Source of the DNA: Plasmodiophora brassicae | Lineage: Eukaryota | Reading direction: 5' to 3' | Assembly (NCBI GenBank): GCA_036867785.1 | Contig: CP145419.1 | Coordinates: forward strand, 1,054,001 to 1,118,000 | Length of the DNA stretch: 64,000 bases | Shown here: piece after piece, positions 46,487-57,229 of the stretch | Layout: each line of letters starts with the position of its first letter | Position numbering within the stretch: position 1 is the first letter of the stretch | Notes under the pieces: generated by a model | The model's database searches: none | The model's input: only the letters and a program-made list of their open reading frames with translations | Told to the model about the DNA's origin: nothing | Position numbers and translations under genes: made by a program

Positions 46487-48889
46487 ATGGCGCTCGCATG
46501 CGTAGCTGGCATCGGGGTCGTGTCCTGGCTGATGGGCCTGGCGCCGGTGACTGCAGACCTGACTGCCAAACACGGTCCGAGTCTTACCTGGGCAAACAAG
46601 CTGCCCTGCGAGGTTGCTCAGATGATCCTGGCGAATGTTGACAACGACGCCGACCTGGGCCGGCTGTCCCAGGCGTCCAGGCAGCGATCTTTGTCCGTAC
46701 ATGCTCGGAGCGCCATGGCAGCACGGCGCCGTTGGTACGCGTTGCTCCAACCGGATGCCACCCCCGACACTGTCCTGGCGTTCTTCGGTGAGTGTAATCG
46801 CCACCTTCGCGGATACATCTCCGCCGGGTGGGTGCGTCGCCGGCTTCTGACCGGTCGTATCGCGCTGCGTCCCCAGATCTTACTCCTCGACCTCGTGTTC
46901 AACGTTCCAGGCGGTGCTGTCTCGACGTTTCGCTTCGAGGCGATGCTGAGGACGGTGGCGCTCGATTGGGGAGTGGCCAAAGGATACGCCCCCGGGGTCG
47001 CCATCCGTCACACGTCCAACCTGAACCTGTACAGCCGTCGACATCGCAAACGCGCCCTCGATGCCCTGCGTTGGCTTCTCCGTCACTGCGATTCGTTTCT
47101 CACAGACGGCAGGGCCGCAGCTATGGCGTCCTTCTCTCGCCGATTGGATTATGTTCCAAGCCTTCCTGTACGTGAAGACGCCTCGTTTGACGAAGACGAC
47201 CCGATCACGTCCACCATGTTACAATTGCTGCCTGAAACACACCGCAACGTTGTGCACATGGTGCTGGGCCAGGACGTCGCCGAGCTCTTCGACTGGGACA
47301 ACGGTGAGGACGACCTGGTGAGCGTCCTGGTCTCGTACGGACTGGATATCAACGGAGTCTGGATGGACGACAGCAACTTCGGCTGGACACTCCTGAAACG
47401 TAGTCTTGATTTGTCCAATTTCAAGCTTGCCTGTCAGGCCATTGCACTGGGTGCCAGTATCGATGACGATGCGGGGGAATGGTGGCACTTTGTCCCTGCC
47501 GTTGCAGACTACCCGGCGCATGTCGACGGCCTGCTGCTGTTCGAGGAGAACGTGATGATGTACGCGAAGGACACCGCTCAGGCGTACCTGCGTTTGATGG
47601 GGTGCTTCGAGGCGTGGAGAGTGGGGCACCTCAGTCAGCGAACTGACAATAATGCTCCAACGCTGCTCGAACACAGTCTTGCTGTGCTTCGTAATCGCTT
47701 CGGTGCGCGATTTGATGCGCGTTCCTGGAAGCATCGTGCTGCGGTTAAGGCGATCGGTGAGCACAGGATCCCCGTTGAACACCTGTTTGGTATCGTGGAC
47801 AAGGACATGATCGTGCTGCTCAGTGGTGTTGGCGTCTCGGCCCTGGCCAGTTTGGACTTCTGCAGGAATACTGATGACCTCCCGAGGATCCTGGATCGCA
47901 GCGTTCTCAATGCGACAGACGCCCAGGTCCAGGCCGCGATCACATACGTGGACGAGTACGGGAGCACGGTGCTCCACAAACGGTGCATGACGTCCCGTGC
48001 GATGGAATGGATTCAGCGTCGCGCACCCGATGGCTGGATCTGGAGAGCGCTGACGCAGATGAACCACGATGGCCATGTATGTCTGCGGTTGTGGTTGCAG
48101 CGACCCGTCCTGTATGACTCGGTCCCCGTAAGCGTTGTACCCATATTGGAAACATTAGCGGCTAGCACCAATGGCCCAATGTTAGCGTACGACGTTGGCT
48201 TGTTCGCTTGCGCAGGCAGCCGACAGCTCCAAGTTGAGTTACTGTCCTCACCTGGTGCTGTGGAATTGTACCAGGGCCATTTACTGCAGCACGCCGTACC
48301 CCACACGAGCCCACACACGGTGCTGATGGCCATCCAGACTGGATCGTTTAGTGATTCGATCGCGTCGACCTTGACTGAGATGTGTGGATTGCACGGCGCT
48401 CAGTTGTTCTACGAGAGCTACGATGGGTTGACCGTGATGCAACGCGCCGTCATGACAGATCACATGATCGTCGATGTCCTTATGCGGAACGCCCAACGTC
48501 TGAACATCCTGTACGACATCATCGTCCGACAAGATGTTGCTGCGGGTTGGACCATTCTGCATACGGGTGCGGCCGTCCTCAAAGCGACTGTGTACAGCAT
48601 GCAGGCGTTGGGAGGCGATGGAGCCGCCTGGCGGATTTGGGAACAGCGTCGGGACAGCGTATTGACAACGTTGCTGTGGATGGTGCGCACGCTGCGGGAA
48701 AGGCTGGGGTCACTGGACGACTTCTGCCAGTTGGTTAACGCACGCGATCGCGAACGCGGGATGGCGTTTGTTCAGATGCTGATCGAAGCAGCATCAGGCG
48801 ATACTCGCGTCAACACAATCGTCGGGTACTGTGCGGGCATTTGCGAGCACACTATTGTCCACCCGCTGACCGCAGGCGTCTCTGCATGA
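46487..48889 (+). CDS. Intronless protein with signal peptide, F-box-like motif and degenerate ankyrin repeats; effector candidate
   Basis: 'MALACVAGIGVVSWLMGLAPVTA'; 'KLPCEVAQMILANVDNDADLGRLSQASR'. Ankyrin-like 'YGLDING...GWTLLKRSL', 'DEYGSTVLH', 'DGLTVMQRAV', 'AGWTILHTGA', 'VNARDRERG'. Confidence 0.7.
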   Translation: MALACVAGIGVVSWLMGLAPVTADLTAKHGPSLTWANKLPCEVAQMILANVDNDADLGRLSQASRQRSLSVHARSAMAARRRWYALLQPDATPDTVLAFFGECNRHLRGYISAGWVRRRLLTGRIALRPQILLLDLVFNVPGGAVSTFRFEAMLRTVALDWGVAKGYAPGVAIRHTSNLNLYSRRHRKRALDALRWLLRHCDSFLTDGRAAAMASFSRRLDYVPSLPVREDASFDEDDPITSTMLQLLPETHRNVVHMVLGQDVAELFDWDNGEDDLVSVLVSYGLDINGVWMDDSNFGWTLLKRSLDLSNFKLACQAIALGASIDDDAGEWWHFVPAVADYPAHVDGLLLFEENVMMYAKDTAQAYLRLMGCFEAWRVGHLSQRTDNNAPTLLEHSLAVLRNRFGARFDARSWKHRAAVKAIGEHRIPVEHLFGIVDKDMIVLLSGVGVSALASLDFCRNTDDLPRILDRSVLNATDAQVQAAITYVDEYGSTVLHKRCMTSRAMEWIQRRAPDGWIWRALTQMNHDGHVCLRLWLQRPVLYDSVPVSVVPILETLAASTNGPMLAYDVGLFACAGSRQLQVELLSSPGAVELYQGHLLQHAVPHTSPHTVLMAIQTGSFSDSIASTLTEMCGLHGAQLFYESYDGLTVMQRAVMTDHMIVDVLMRNAQRLNILYDIIVRQDVAAGWTILHTGAAVLKATVYSMQALGGDGAAWRIWEQRRDSVLTTLLWMVRTLRERLGSLDDFCQLVNARDRERGMAFVQMLIEAASGDTRVNTIVGYCAGICEHTIVHPLTAGVSA

Positions 48890-49099
48890 CTGTGCGCTGT
48901 CGACGCGCCCCTGAATACACCGACTGCTGCAAACTGTTGGATACCCCAAATTGCGGGCGCGCGTTCAGAGGGCGGTTCGGCGGCCCATCGCGCAGTTCAC
49001 ACAAAATGCGACGCGCGGGTCCCGCAAAACGCCCGCTACATAACCGCCCAGGCTGGGGACGTTTTTCTGAAGGCCGCGGCGATGGGACGGTGATGATCG

Positions 49100-51907
49100 A
49101 TGAGTGTCACGAAGGGGGCTACCTTCGAGCCGTGCGACGCATGCGATGACCCGCTGGCCAGCAGCGTCCCGGCCGCCGACGAACCCGTCGAGGAGGCCGA
49201 CGGGACTGTATGCGGTGCGGGTCGGCGCCTGCGTCATCATCGCTGCTGGGGTCTGACACCGCGCGCGCGCGCGCTCCACAGTCGCCGGCGTCGACGACGA
49301 CCACGACGACGCCCTGGCCGACGCGGACACGTGGTGGGCGATCCACGACTGGGAGAGCACCGAAATGCTGCTGAAGGGCGAGGTGCCCGTCATGCGCGTC
49401 GACAACGTCCAGTTCGTCCTGGACCCATCGTCAATGTACCCGCCGACCGCCACCGGCATGCTCTCCATGACCACCTACCGGCTGTACTTCCAGCCAAAGG
49501 AGTCGTTTTCCGAGGTACGTCCTTTAACGCGTGTCCTGGACCCGATTTAAGTGTGGCGCAGGCGAGCGGCGTGGGCCCGTTGCAGACGCACGTCCCGCTG
49601 GCGATGATCGAACGCATCGACAAGCAGGAGGGCAAATGGGACCGATCGCACTGCCTGGAGATCTACACGCGCGACTACCGGCTCTGGAGGTGGGGCGGCG
49701 ACGCCATACGCAGCGCGCTCCGTTCCCCCCTGCTCAGGCGCGAATACGTCCAGGATTGAGTTCCCGCGCACCGACACCATGATGGAGCGGGCGTACCAGT
49801 GCCTGACCGGGTACGTGTTCCCGCAGCGCATCGACTTTGTAGGGGCCGGCACCGTGCCGCCCGAGATCTGTCTGACGGGGCGTGCGCGCCCACCTCCCCC
49901 ATGTACAGCTGTTCGCCTTCTTCTACTCGGCGAGGAAACCGCCGGCCGTCCCGACACTGTACGACGGCTGGCTGCTGGTCAGTCGCGTCCGTTCCGATGT
50001 GCCCGGGGGCGCTGAGCGGCGCGTTGCCAGTATGACGCGCTTCGGGAGTTCCTTCGTCTGGGCGTACCGTCCGAGCTGATTCGCATATCGAACGCGAACA
50101 AGCAGTTTGGTCGGTCGTGGACGTGCAACGCGTGTCTGTTCGCGCCTGACACCCTGTTGCAGAGATCTGCGAATCGTATCCCAGTCTGGTCGCTGTTCCC
50201 GCCGCCATCAGCGACAACGATCTGGCGAAAGGTGATGTGCTGCGGGGGGGGGGGGGGGGGGTTCGCCGACGTCCAACCGTGCCACTGAGATGTGCACCGT
50301 CAGTGGCTTCGTTTCGCAAGCGCGGGCGCTTCCCCATACTGTCGTGGAAGCGCTCCACAGGCGGCGCGTCCATCTGGCGATGCAGGTCAGGGCCGTGCGT
50401 TTGGGGCGATCGGTTGCGGCCGGGGACGACTGACCTGGCGGATCTAGTCAACCGAAAGTGGGGTGGAATCAGTCGCGGTCGTCGTACGACGAACGGTCCG
50501 GTACCTGGGATCAGATGCGTGCCCCGCGTTGCTGAACGCCTGGCGGCCTGCAGAATGCTGGACTGTATCCTGAAGACGAACCCCGGCCAGGAGACCCTCC
50601 CGATATTCGACTGTCGCCCCAGGATGAACGCTGTCGGTAACAAGCTTACCGGCGCCGGGTTTGAATCGTCCGAGTTCTACCCCGACTGTAGGACGTGTGC
50701 CCCAATAGGCGTCGCTCGTGCTCATCGCTGCGTGTTGTACCTATGCAGGCAACCTGACGTTTCTGAACATCCAGAACATCCATTCCGTACGCCCCAGTAG
50801 TTGTGTCTGGTCTTCAGGCGCGTCTCATGCATGTGGCCAGGTACGTGACAGTGCAGTAAAGGTCGCCAGGATGTGCCGTTACGAAGGCGGCGCCAGCGGT
50901 CAGGGCGGGGCCCAGTTCATCACGCGCCTGGACACGTCCAACTGGCTGTCGCATCAGTCCGACCTGATACGGGCCTGCGTTCTGGGCGTCCAACACGTCA
51001 ACGAGTTCGTGCTGGTCCGCTTCCCGTCGTCCTCCCCCCGTTCCTAACACGTGTGCCCGACAGTCATGAACGAGCGATCCTGGTGCACTGTTCCGACGGG
51101 TGGGACAGGACGGCGCAGGTCACGTCGCTGATGATGCTGTGCCTGGACTCGTACTACCGCACCGTCGACGGGTTCCTCGTCCTGATCGAGAAGGAGTGGC
51201 TGTCGTGCGGGCACAAATTCCAGGAGCGCACCGGGTACGACGCCGACTACTCGAACACGCAGCGGGCGCCCGTGTTCCTCCAGTTCGTCGAGGCCGTCTG
51301 GCAGATCACGACCCAGTTCCCGACCGAGTTCGAGTTCAGCGCCAAGTTCCTGATCACGTTGCTGGACCATGTTGCGTCCGGGCGCTTCGGCACGTTCCTC
51401 TGCAACTCGGCCCGCGAGCGCATCCAGACGTGCCTGCGCATGCGCACCGTCTCGCTGTGGACGTACCTGCGGTGGCCCGGCTTCCAGACCCTGTTCACGA
51501 ATGCGCTGTACGACCCCAGCGACCACATCCTGTACCCGTCGGCGTCGACCTCGAAGCTCCGGCTGTGGGAGGATTACTGGCTGCGCGGTGGCCTCGTCGA
51601 GTACTCCCGGCCGCTTCGCCGGGACGCTCTGCAGCCGCGTGCCGTCTACCCGATGTGCTCGTCGACCGATTCCCTGTACCAGGCGACGATCTGGGCGCTT
51701 CGCCAGCAGGTCGAGCAGCTGCGGGCCGGTGGTTCCGGCAACGTGTCCGGCGACGTCGATGAGGAGCTCCTCGTCGACCAGATGCTGCACGACGCGGACG
51801 TCGAGAAACGCGGGTCGTCGTCGCGGGCAACGCCGCTGCTCGTCCTGCAGGCGAAAGTGATTGAAGGCGCCGGGCACGACGATGACTCCATTGTAAAACC
51901 CGTCTGA
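49100..51907 (+). CDS. Myotubularin-family phosphoinositide 3-phosphatase, multi-exon
   Basis: PH-GRAM 'GMLSMTTYRLYF', 'ICESYP', 'SFRKRGRFPILSW', 'DCRPRMNAVGN', catalytic 'LVHCSDGWDRTAQ', 'LIEKEWLSCGHKF'. Confidence 0.95.
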
Positions 51908-52277
51908 AACGCGGATGCTCCCTTTTCGATCGGCCGTACGTGCTGGGGACGGTAGCAGCGTGATAGTGCTTGAACGGGTCTGTTGAGCGGGTTGTCAACG
52001 AAGGCGAACGGCTCATGCTGGCCGAGTTGGATGCGCGGGCGTCGTACGCGATGTTGAAAGGGGAAAGCAACACTAAAGCACCTGAAGGAGCCCCCTGATC
52101 GACATCATGACCGGGGGCGGGCTGATGACGGCAAGGCGCGTCCTCAAGACGACGACCTGATTATCCAAGCCGGAGGACGTGGGTGCCACTGATGAAAACC
52201 ACCGGCTACCGTGGCCGTGCTGAAGGGTCACAAGGCATGAACAATTGCCAGCGTTCTAGTATAGTTATAATATACGG

Positions 52278-53977
52278 TCATTGGGAGCCTTGGCGCATAG
52301 AATCGGCAGCGACAAACTTGGCCTTCAGTTCGACGAGCCCGGCCTGCGCCGTCTGCGAGCACGCCTGGAATATCTTGGCCATCATCAGCAGGCCGCGGGC
52401 CCGCTCGCGCCGATCCTCCAGCGGTATCGAGCTGTCCTTGAACAGCTTCTGGCACACGTTCCGCGACGTGGACTCCACGTCCAGCACAGTCAGGTTCCAC
52501 ATCGTCTGAAGGATGGCATCCATGCCTTCCTCATCCGGCGCACCTAACAGCGCGTTCGTCAACAGCGATGACTTCGTTTGGGACACCCAGGGTGACGACT
52601 TACTGGTTGGCGGGCGATCGCCGTTCTGCGTCGACCGCTTTTCCTCCTCATCTTGCGCACGACGAGACGCCCGGTACGCCTTGAACGCCGACGTCATGAC
52701 ACGGTACTTGGTCGCCAGGACATGTGCAGATTTGCGAACGCTGGCCAGACCCATTCCGGCTGATACGCCGTGCTGGAACCCGAGGAAACTCGCCGCCTGC
52801 TCCTCGTAGACGTACCCGAGGACGCCGATCAGCGTGCCACCGAACGCAGTGGACGCCAGCTCCTTGGCTTCGTTCTCAATGACCGCTTTGAACATCAGGT
52901 GCCCGTCCGTCTCGTCGGTCAGGTACTCGTTCAGCTTCTCGGCCAGGTTCACCGCGCATTGCACCTCGCGCCGTCGTTGCCGATCCTTCGAGGCGGACAG
53001 GGCCCGAGCCATGGCCTCCTCGAACGCCACCGCCTGGTCGTCCTCGTTGCCCGACATGTCCACGCCGTCCATACGGTTCTTCAAGTCGAGCAGCTTCAGC
53101 TCGCCAATGTACTTCTCGAAGTTCTGCGACCCGAAGATGACCTCGAACAGCTGGGCACTGTCGAACAGCGCGCTCTCGTCGACGGCCGTCTTCCCGTGCG
53201 CGTCGTACGCCGCCCGAAGTTGCTCATCGGACAGCACCTATGCAGGGATTGCGAAGTCAGCACTCGACCAGCAGGACGCACGGCCCCGATCGACACAACC
53301 TGGTAGGCGGCGCCCAGCTGCTGGAACTTCTCATTGGCGCGCTCGTCGTTCGGGTTCTTGTCCGGGTGAAGCTCCATGGCCCGGTGCCGGTACGCGCGCT
53401 TGATGTCGGCCTGGGAGCAGCCGGGCAACACGCCCAGCTGGTCGTACAGCGTCGTGTCCGCAACGACCTTGTTCGCATCGGCGACGTTCGGGTCCGCCTG
53501 CTTCAGCACCCGGTCCGCCTCCTCCGGCAGGTTGTACCAGATCCATTCGCGTTTCTCCGAGTCCCACACCTGTTCGCTCATCGACCCCTTGATCGCACCG
53601 GGCGTGTTCAGAATCCCACGACCGACTTGGACGACGCCGGTGGTGGCCCCGGCCAACGCCAGCGCCACACCCGAAACAGCGCCAAGCGCCAACCCTGACA
53701 TCAGCCAGTGGTCAGATGAACATTCCTTGTACACATAAATAGGATCACCTTTGGAGAAGCCTTTGATGCCGTCTTCGCGGGCGCCCTGCACGGGCATAGC
53801 GACCATGGCAGCGACGCCTCCGACGAGGCCTTTGCCGACGTTCTTCAGCCCACTGGACAACCCCGCCAGAGCGTGTTTCGGGCGGCGGACGGAGAACATG
53901 TCGCCGAGATCGGGCAGGTCATCCTGCGGGTCGCCACCGCCCGTGATCCGGAGCCGGTCTTCGCTGCCGGCCGTCAT
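52278..53977 (-). CDS. DnaJ (J-domain + DnaJ-X) chaperone, 3 exons
   Basis: 'TLYDQLGV...IKRAYRHRAMELHPDKNP...KFQQLGAAYQVLSDEQLRAAYD', 'IFGSQNFEKYIGEL', 'VLDVESTSRNVCQKL...RRERARGL'. Confidence 0.93.
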
Positions 53978-55220
53978 TCGGGACCTGCGCCTCGGGCGGC
54001 TGCGATACGATCTGGGCCTGCGAAACCCGCCCACCGACCGTCAGTACCGATGCGCTGTCGTCGTCCGCGCACGCCGACCTGATACCTGGCCGACCGATAG
54101 ATTATGACCGGGTAACGGAGACCGGTCCACGTCGACGACATGATTGAAAGGCCGCCCCCCCGACCCACATTTAGTCCGCGCACTAAAAACTCCGTGACAC
54201 CGCTACACTGCGAGCTGCACATAGGTAGTACTGTGTGCAGGCACGGTCGCCATCGATCGATTTTGACACGCGCCACTGACAACCTGCAGACACGGACTTC
54301 GTTTGACGCAAGAATGACGCTCTGAAGAAAACAACGTTTCGTTGACATTGGCGCTTCATTGCCATGGGTTGGCGGATCGCCCGCCAGCAACGTGCCGGAC
54401 TTGGTAATCTGTAAGAGCATTGGTTAGCAACGATTCAGATCGTACATAGGTTTCCACAAAGACCGCCGCCGTGAGGCGACGATATCTGAAGAAGGCGGCC
54501 GTGGCCTGGAGCTTGGCAGCGTCCAGACCATCGGAATTCTACGCAGCGATGCTGCCAGGGGTTCGTCTGATCAGTCGTCCCTGCCAGCCCGGCCGAGGCC
54601 GGCGCCGGCAGGACAGGGCGCATGGTGCCCTGTTCGTCGGTCTGGGATACGCTGCGTGTTGCAGCATCGTTGTCAATGGAGGCGGCGGGGGCGCCATCAG
54701 CTCGTTCGTCCGCCGCGCCAGATGGTTCCTGCTCCTCCTCCTCGTCCTCCAGGGTCAGGGATACAGCTGGGCGTTTGGCGATCGGCCTGCGCCGCATGTC
54801 GTACGACTTCTGGCTGTCGAGCTGGAGCACCTTCGCGGACCCGCAACGTCGTGTCGTTGCTGGCAGCGTCGCCCGGCCGGGTTCCGACGCCAGTGAACGC
54901 GCACAGTGCGTCCGACTTAGAGCGCCTCGCGCGGTCGTGGCTCACGCCGTGATCCTTGACCAACGCCCGTTCGTCGATTCTGGATGACGCTTACAACACG
55001 TGGAAGTCCCTGCCATGGCTTGCATGGCTTGTTTGCATGCAGGGACGGCGCCCGCGTAGGTTCACTGAGGTTCAATGCTAGATATACACATGGCGCTTAA
55101 CCACGTGGCATGGCACAGTTCAGAGCTTGCCAACAAGACATTGGCAGTGTGTATTGAAACCATGTCATGGCAGAGAGCCAGTCCCGGATCGTTGTCCGAC
55201 GCAGAGCAGGAGATGATCGG

Positions 55221-55658
55221 TCACAGAGCTCGGGGCCTGGGCGACAGGGGAGGAGTGTACCGGGTGTGCGCCACGAACCGCGCAGCATGCCCTGCGATCA
55301 GGCCAGTCGTCCCTGACAGAGTGGCCAGCAGTGGCGATCCCGTCTTGCGCAGCGCCTCGTGGTACATGACGTATGCGGCGGTATGTGTCGCCGCCGACGA
55401 TGCCACGGTTGACCACGAGGTTGCGGCCTTCGATCCAAATGAGGACAATTTCCAAAGGATGTCGTTCCTCGCTTTAGGAATAGCGTATTTCAGTAGCAGG
55501 AATGTAAGAAGGGCACGCGATACCCGATCTGCGGCTGCGCCCGACAATGCCGCACCAGCCAGCATGCTGCTAGGTGGGACGTCGGACTTCATCCGGGGCG
55601 CCGTCTTGCCAAAGACGCCACCAACGAGAACGATGACCAGGACGATGCGCGCAATCAT
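55221..55658 (-). CDS. Small predicted secreted/membrane protein
   Basis: 145-aa ORF starting with signal-peptide-like 'MIARIVLVIVLVGGVFG'. Confidence 0.5.
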   Translation of the reverse strand: MIARIVLVIVLVGGVFGKTAPRMKSDVPPSSMLAGAALSGAAADRVSRALLTFLLLKYAIPKARNDILWKLSSFGSKAATSWSTVASSAATHTAAYVMYHEALRKTGSPLLATLSGTTGLIAGHAARFVAHTRYTPPLSPRPRAL

Positions 55659-56054
55659 GGGCAGAGACAGCAGAGGACGAACCCCACAATACCGGAATGG
55701 CGGTCAAGGGCCCGCGCGTTCGTGCTTCCAATGCTTGGCGCTGAGCCGTCTGGCTGTGCCGGTCGTCCAGAGCCAGATTTAGACCGAAGCGTCTTTCGAG
55801 TTTCGACCGATGCGTCGTCCGGCCAACTCGACCGAAGCGTCGTCCGGCCACGGAAACTCCTGTATTTATAACTATATACTACCTCAAAATACGCCGTGTA
55901 TCGTCCCTACCAACGGTCCTACCAGGGTCCTACCACGGATCCTACCGCACCCACGGATCCTACCAGACGGCGCCGCCACCCCCTCCCGGTACAACCAAGC
56001 GCACCGCCGCACGCATCCCCACGCAGGTTTCCACACCGCATTGTCGACGACGTC

Positions 56055-56515
56055 ATGGGTCGATCACGATCGTCTGGAGGGCAACGAACGCGCACAGCGG
56101 CCCAGTTCCGTGTCAGCAACCGGGCCAAGTACCATGTCCCCGCCGAGTTATGGGCGGACGCCGTTGTCGGTTTGGGCCTGGTTCGTCGCCGCCTTCGCGT
56201 GTCGGAAGGAGCGAGCCGCCCTGTCACCGGGAGCAAGCCCCTGGCCAAGAACTCGGTGCATGCCTACGGCAAGCACATACGTGGACTAAGGTACTACTGT
56301 TGCCTGGTCGGTGACTACGACAGCCTGCTTGTCCTGCAGGACGATGCGCCATCTGACCACTGCCCGTCAATGAGTGCGAAGACCTTATCGAACTTTGTTC
56401 GGTTCAAGAGGGGCGTCCAGGGGACGCCGCTTGTCGATGCCTCGGGCGTGCCCGTCCTGGATCGGCGTGGGCAGCCTGTCGTCTGCCAAGGCGGGTGGAA
56501 TGGCCCTGGCAACGT
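56055..56515 (+). pseudogene. N-terminal part of a putative tyrosine-recombinase (Crypton-like) element ORF, interrupted by an LTR insertion
   Basis: 'KHIRGLRYYCCLVGDYDSLLVLQDDAPSDHCPSMSAKTLSNFVRFKRG...CQGGWNGPGNV' resembles, from recollection, repetitive oomycete ORFs. Coding-like sequence stops abruptly at TGTAG. Confidence 0.45.
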
Positions 56516-56888
56516 TGTAGTCCCGTGTCTGCAGACTCTTGACGGCACGTAATGACACAGAAACAGAATGACGTTTATCGATCGCATCGTCACGACGACG
56601 TCAGCCTCGCCACGTCATCATGCTAAATCGGGGCACGCAGTTTGTCTAAATATAGTCCAGGACCGTCAGGTCAAGTGGCAGCACGTTGATGTAGGGAACG
56701 AGACGCTATAAATAGAGCCCCGCTCTACACTGCCTTTCTCCAAACTCGTGACCGGAATCATCGTGAGCACGTAGTACGTAGATGGTGAAGTTGACAGAAG
56801 GTAGTGTGAGACTCGGAATCACCCAATACTCACTAAAAACCACCTTGTAACCCCATGGGAAAATCGGTGGAAAATCCATTTACGGACA
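56516..56888 (-). repeat. Putative 3' LTR of the minus-strand Gypsy element
   Basis: TGT...ACA ends, purine-rich GGTGGCAAGGG just before it on the minus strand, TATA-like core, abrupt composition change. The second LTR is not in the window. Confidence 0.55.
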
Positions 56889-57229
56889 CCCTTGCCACCA
56901 AACACCATCGGTGCAACGAAGACATCAGCGATGGTGCGCTCGACCCACATAGGTGGAGCCCGGTCCATATACATCTGAAAAGTATCATTCACCTAACTCA
57001 GCGGCCGACCCACATAGGTGGACCCCCAGCGCAACAGAGTCTCGATAGCCAGTACGCCCTGACCAGAGTCAACTGCGGTGAAGAGGAACTTAACAGACGC
57101 TGCCGACTGCCTCGTGATCGTAACGTATCAATGAGGTCACCGTCATGACCCATCGAGGAACGTATTGGCCTCTCATAGGAGTGCCATAAACCATAGTTGC
57201 ATGACGTCCATGACAACCAGGTTAACTGA

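Noticed and set aside
54435-55010. Minus-strand coding-like fragments with an acidic run
   Set aside because: There is no coherent start or splice path. It may be a decayed element, but it cannot be supported.
56516-56870. LTR in plus orientation (TATAAATA at ~56708; CA|TGG at ~56855 as PBS)
   Set aside because: There is no convincing tRNA-complementary PBS, and the associated pol remnants are on the minus strand. Orientation needs the second LTR to confirm.
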